This document shows, piece by piece, positions 59,441 to 64,000 of a stretch of 64,000 nucleotides of DNA (position 1 is the stretch's first letter; each line of letters begins with the position of its first letter). The notes below the pieces were generated by a model. The model was not told the origin of the DNA, made no database searches, and saw only the letters and a program-made list of their open reading frames with translations. Source of the stretch: Blepharisma stoltei ATCC 30299 (taxonomy: Eukaryota; Protista; Ciliophora); the NCBI GenBank assembly GCA_965603825.1, contig CBFDEM010000041.1, forward strand, positions 1 to 64,000, in the 5' to 3' direction. The position numbers were made by a program, and so were the translations under genes.

Positions 59441-60220
59441 CTACTTGTTGACGGTAAATTGAGGAAGTCCTATTAAAACTGTTGGTGTAACTTTCGCCCC
59501 AAATGAATCGGTAATGCTAGTTAAATCCATACTCGAAGATTTTGGCTTATTTTTTGATATAAAATCATAAGTTGTCATTTTATGTTTAATAAGCCAAATA
59601 TGAAACAATAGCAGATAGCCATTCGCAAATAATATAGCAATAGTTAAAAACTCAAAAGCCGAGCAAATAGCTATTAACACCACATCTGCATTTTCTCCAT
59701 AATCCTGATTTATCTTCTCTTTTAAGCCATTTAAATCAGCACTCCAATTATAAATTGTATAAGTGCAGCACACTAAAAAGATGGTTTCCACCATTTCCAT
59801 CAATATAGCAGTTTTAAGGAATAAATTATAATTACTTTTTCCAATGCAATTGTTAACAAATTTGCAATGGTGGTCAAATTTGTGAACGCACCTATTGCAT
59901 TTCATACAATGTTTACTGTCTGGGCTCACTTCAGAATAGCATAAAGAGCAGAATGTAATATACGTCTCGTCCAAATTAATTTTTTTCTTTTTGTACAAAA
60001 TCGGGTCAGTTGGGTTAGATTTGGTTAAGAGAAAAGCGTAGAATAAAAGGAGCAGCTGGGAAAGTCCAAATAGTGAAGACATCAAAATTTGGATTAAGTA
60101 AGGCTGGGATGGGACAATAAAAAAATAAAATACAAAAATAGATGCAAAATTGTAGAGCCAGGTGAATATTTGGTAGGGGTGGGGTGGGCAGTCTAGGCCT
60201 GATTTTCTCGAGTTCTCCAT
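59441..60220 (-). CDS. DHHC palmitoyltransferase (ZDHHC1/11-like)
   Basis: R.SG...P.HPYQI, SKHCMKCNRCVHKFDHHCKFVNNCIG and TTYDFI motifs. Confidence 0.93.
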   Translation of the reverse strand: MENSRKSGLDCPPHPYQIFTWLYNFASIFVFYFFIVPSQPYLIQILMSSLFGLSQLLLLFYAFLLTKSNPTDPILYKKKKINLDETYITFCSLCYSEVSPDSKHCMKCNRCVHKFDHHCKFVNNCIGKSNYNLFLKTAILMEMVETIFLVCCTYTIYNWSADLNGLKEKINQDYGENADVVLIAICSAFEFLTIAILFANGYLLLFHIWLIKHKMTTYDFISKNKPKSSSMDLTSITDSFGAKVTPTVLIGLPQFTVNK

Positions 60221-60553
60221 TTAATGTGAAATTTAATATAGCAAGCTTTGAAATAAATTTTTTAAATTCTTAGGGGTTTTGAGGCTTTAATATAATATTA
60301 ATTTATGCAGAAAAACTTCTTGAGCTTGATTTTGAGATTATTTAAATAGCTATTTGAAAATTATTTGAATTCGGCTTAAAATTATAATTAATATATTATG
60401 GCTTACAATTGTTATATTTATTACAAGAAATCCATTCATAAGCCTAATTGACCTCATGCCTTATGATTTACTGATAAAATAAATCATTTCTGTCTCATTA
60501 AATGAAAATCATTGATTTAGATTAATCTAGTTTATTATATATAATTTCAATTA

Positions 60554-62278
60554 CTATGGCAAATCAACTGATGCTCTATAAGCATGAGAAGATATCACCA
60601 GTCTTTTTTCTCTTCTTGATAAAGACCGTTTCCATATATTAGGAGTCGCTCTTTCAATTTTATGGTCAGGAGATGGCGTAGTCCTTGACAGCAGCAGCGC
60701 TGATAATTTTGACCCACAATTAACAGAATTATCAAGCTTAACTGGAGGCAGTCTGCTATTTATTCAAGTAAGCAAAATATTAGTATTTCTTGACAATTCC
60801 ACCCTTACTTTGTCTTTTTTAATCGCACTATCTGCAGTTCTCAGCATTGTTTTAAGGGTTTCGCTTTGCAGCTGGACTGCTTGTTGGAACTGTCTGACTA
60901 AAGTGTCGCAATTATTTTTTAAATTTTCGAAATCATTTTTTTCTGCCATTTTTGCAGAAATTTGGAATAAATCAGTTTTTTCTGCTTTAGAAGAAATAGC
61001 TTCTTTGAGATCTGATATTGAGTTATAAAGAGCGGCGTAATCTCTGGACTGGGTTTTCTGTGACTGACTGCTGAGTCCGTATTTATTGATGTCCTCAATA
61101 ATATTTTCTATGCTTACCAGCATTTCTTTGAGCTGCTCTTCTGTTGAGCTGATTTTTATGTTGAGTTCGGAAACTGAGGAGTAAAAAACTTCTTGTTTTA
61201 AGAGAGTTGATTGGAAATTTTGGATTTTTTTTATATCTTCCTTTGATCCTTTTGTCAAAATAATTTCATCAAATCTTGCTTGTGCTGCTTCAAAAGACTT
61301 TAAATCTCTTGAAAACTTGTCAAGCTTATTCCCAAAATCTTCAATTTTTGGCAAAATATCAATTTTCAGCTTTCTAAACTCCTCACTTGATGCTTTCGTC
61401 TCCAAAATATCGTTAATTTTATCGATTTCTATCATTCAGGGTTTCGCATTAAACATCCCAGTTAAGTCATTCAGCATTTTTGTCAATGAGTCTTTATCCT
61501 TAGAAGTTTTTAGCAATATAGCATCTATCCTATTTTCAAACACATCCTGCTTCTTGTTAATCATAAAAACAGCAGTCTCATAAGCTTCACAGTCCATTTT
61601 CAAATTTATCAGTCCCCTCAGCTCATCGTTAATTTTTTCCAAAGACTCTTTTACCTTATCAGCTGTCGGTAACAAATTAAGCCTGTCCTGGATTATTTCT
61701 ATTTCTTCATTAATTTTGGCAACTTCACTACGATAAGCCAGCTGTTTTACAGTTCCTTCTAAAATCACAAAATTTTCCAGAGGTGTAAAAGTATCAACCC
61801 TATGATCTAAATTGTCAAGGTCTTTAATTTCTGCTTTTAAAGCAAGAACATCTTTCATATAAAGCACTTCGTCGCTTAAAGACCCTGAAACATCCCTCAA
61901 ATTATTGGCTTGGTCCTGCAACAAATTTGCTTTGGCATTAACTGAGTCTGTTAGTCTTCTCAGCTCAATAATAGCATCGTTGAATTTTGAATTGGAAGAC
62001 GCTGCGTTAGAATCCATCAGTTTAAGCTGCTCTTCTAGTGAAGTAAATAATCTCATGGTGTCTTCCATAAATTCTGCCTTGAACTCTTGTTTAAGAGTTG
62101 TTATGATAGGAGAAGGATCAGTTCTGAAACGTTTTTTCTTGGTAATCAGGTCATTGAATTCTTTTAAAAGGCTGCTGTGAGAAGCGAGCTGCTCTGATAT
62201 TTGGGTGACTTCATTGCGAAGCTGCTGAAGGTCTATTGGAGAGGTAGATGGATTATCTCTGCTGGCTTGTGCTGACAT
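60554..62278 (-). CDS. Long coiled-coil protein (574 aa)
   Basis: Two ORFs join through TGA at 61436 and 60764 to TAG at 60554-60556. Repeated K(A/G)xxxD/E helices. Confidence 0.8.
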
Positions 62279-62421
62279 CAGGGATTAAATATGATTATTT
62301 ATGTAAATTTACCTTAATATACTTCTTTTTTAGCAAAAATGAGATTATTTATTAAATAAAGATTAATTTTTTATAAGAGTGCTTTGAGGCTTATATGCTT
62401 CAAAAGTATAAAATTAATAAA

Positions 62422-63843
62422 TTATCTAATATTTTTTGTAGTAAATTTATAAGGCCAAAGATCACCCCAATGCGACTTCCTAGCAAACCTATATGACTCT
62501 TTATCATACTTAGACTTGCTGACTATGTATCTCCCTTTTTTCCCTTCTTCACATACATCAACAATCACATTTCCCTTCCTCTTAATAGCAGGATGCACTA
62601 ATCTTTTCCAAAAAAAGCTTTTTTCTTGCAGTGTCTCTGCTTCTTCTTCATTATTTAAATACTGCCTCGGCAATGGCCCTCTGTGAAGCAAAATATACGA
62701 AAACTTTTCATTATCAGTCGGCATTTCTTTAGGGCTTTTTCCTATAACAGCTTTAGGTCACCTACTGGCAAACTGTGAAAAATGACACCAGTCGTGTTTA
62801 TCGCTGGCCTGTGGGCATACACCTTCATGTGGGCAAGGGGCTACTATATTGGCTTCTTCTCTGGTCATTGTATTTAAAACCCACTCTCTAATGGAATAAA
62901 TCAGTCGAAATCCTTTTGGGGTTCCTGGCTCTATAAAGAGGAGCAGTTTATTTGTGCGATGCCAAAGGGCGTCTAGGATAAGATTGCGGGTGACTGCGTT
63001 TTCTACTTCGCCAAGGACGTAGCTGCACAGTACAATATCAAATAGCCCTTCTTCGTCTCCGATTCCAGGCAGATTCGCTAGAGTTTCGTACCATTGTATT
63101 TGAGGTAATTTTTCTGTTAGTTTTTTCCCTATTGTTCTCATATTTTTAGAAGGCTCTACCGCAGCTACAATTTTTGTGTTCGGGTATAATGTCATTGCAG
63201 CAAAAGACCCAGCCCCAGTCCCCGCTCCATAGTCCAAAATCTTTGTTGGGTTAATATTCGGCAGCCTAGTTACAGCTTCACTTAAACACCTATACACAGT
63301 CCCATAAGATCCTGGCATTATTCTCCACGTATACCCAATCGCATGCTCTTCTTGATACTTCAAACTCACAGCTGGTGCTTTTTCACTTACAATTTTAGGT
63401 ATCTCCATCTCCCCAGCGACCATTTTCGCATCAATGATCTTCGGCAGCCTTTCATGCCTATAGCTTTTCAGCTCCTTTACAGGCGTCCTTGGTCCTATCA
63501 GCTCATAAGTGGTGGCAAATGGCTTTAATTTAGTAATATCCTGAGGTTTTTCAAGCCCATGAAGCTCTGTTAGTATTTGTGCTGTTTTGTATCCCCATTC
63601 TTTAATAGTCTTTGAAGGCCTTCCAGAAAAGACCTTTTGGGCTGACTTGTGAAGCTTGTCTGGGAGGTCTACAAGGGCGATGTATCTTTTTCCCATCCAT
63701 GCTCGATCTTGTAATTGGACTGCTTTTTTTCCAGGCTCTGGCTTTACTAGAGGTTTTTTGTCGTCTGCTTTTTCTTTGGCTTCAGTGAAAAGGACTGTTT
63801 TTTTGACTGACCTGGCAAATGAGCGGGTAAGCCTAATTAGCAT
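62422..63843 (-). CDS. METTL17: METTL17/Rsm22 mitochondrial small-subunit assembly methyltransferase-like protein, 473 aa
   Basis: ILDYGAGTG, IEPGTPKGF, IVAPCPHEGVCP, WCHFSQ, EKFSY and ARKSHWGDLW motifs. TGA=Trp at 62758. Confidence 0.92.
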
Positions 63844-63869
63844 AATATGTAAAAAATTATGAGAAAGAC

Positions 63870-64000
63870 TTATGTTATTGTTTCAATAATAAATAGCCTT
63901 GCTTTATCGTAGCCTACAGCAACTAATTTATCTCTACACATCGCGATCCCTGTAAGTAAGGTGTTAGGGATTTCTTTAGAAAGGACTAATTCCAGCTCAT
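63870..64000 (-). CDS. 3' end of a gene running in from beyond the window (possibly WD40-like)
   Basis: Open frame ELELVLSKEIPNTLLTGIAMCRDKLVAVGYDKARLFIIETIT-TAA. Confidence 0.55.
   Translation of the reverse strand, partial: ELELVLSKEIPNTLLTGIAMCRDKLVAVGYDKARLFIIETIT

Noticed and set aside
3155-63843. Widespread in-frame TGA interpreted as pseudogenes or selenoproteins
   Set aside because: The TGAs align mostly to Trp, not Cys, and occur in essential genes. Code reassignment explains them.
63962-63969. Single internal telomere unit TGTTAGGG
   Set aside because: It lies within an open minus-strand frame (I-P-N-T), and one 8-mer in 64 kb is expected by chance.

Overview
This is a telomere-capped end of a ciliate macronuclear chromosome, most likely Blepharisma (Heterotrichea). 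It starts with about 1.4 kb of (CCCTAACA)n. UGA is read as Trp: many in-frame TGAs fall at conserved Trp positions, and one TGG/TGA swap occurs between two tandem paralogues. Introns are tiny (15-16 nt). The supplied ORF track treats TGA as a stop and fragments most genes, so I rebuilt them by eye with TGA=Trp. The window is gene-dense (about 45 CDS, 2 tRNAs). It contains a subtelomeric TPR gene with a 5' relic, a DDX11-like helicase, U1-C, an atypical Ras-like GTPase, a tandem-triplicated kelch-like locus with hypervariable N-termini, TEN1-like and RPA3-like OB folds, an 86-aa HEXIM-like protein, otubain, a purple acid phosphatase with an altered metal site, duplicated USPs, PP2C, PP2A-C, a ~1540-aa polytopic membrane protein, NAA15, a lipid-anchored multi-TQT protein and a compact NBR1-like receptor. 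The most intriguing observations are the mini-HEXIM, co-oriented genes only 7 nt apart, the diversifying kelch-like array, the canonical-looking TEN1 and an odd RPS19 start region. All family assignments come from motif recognition, not database searches.
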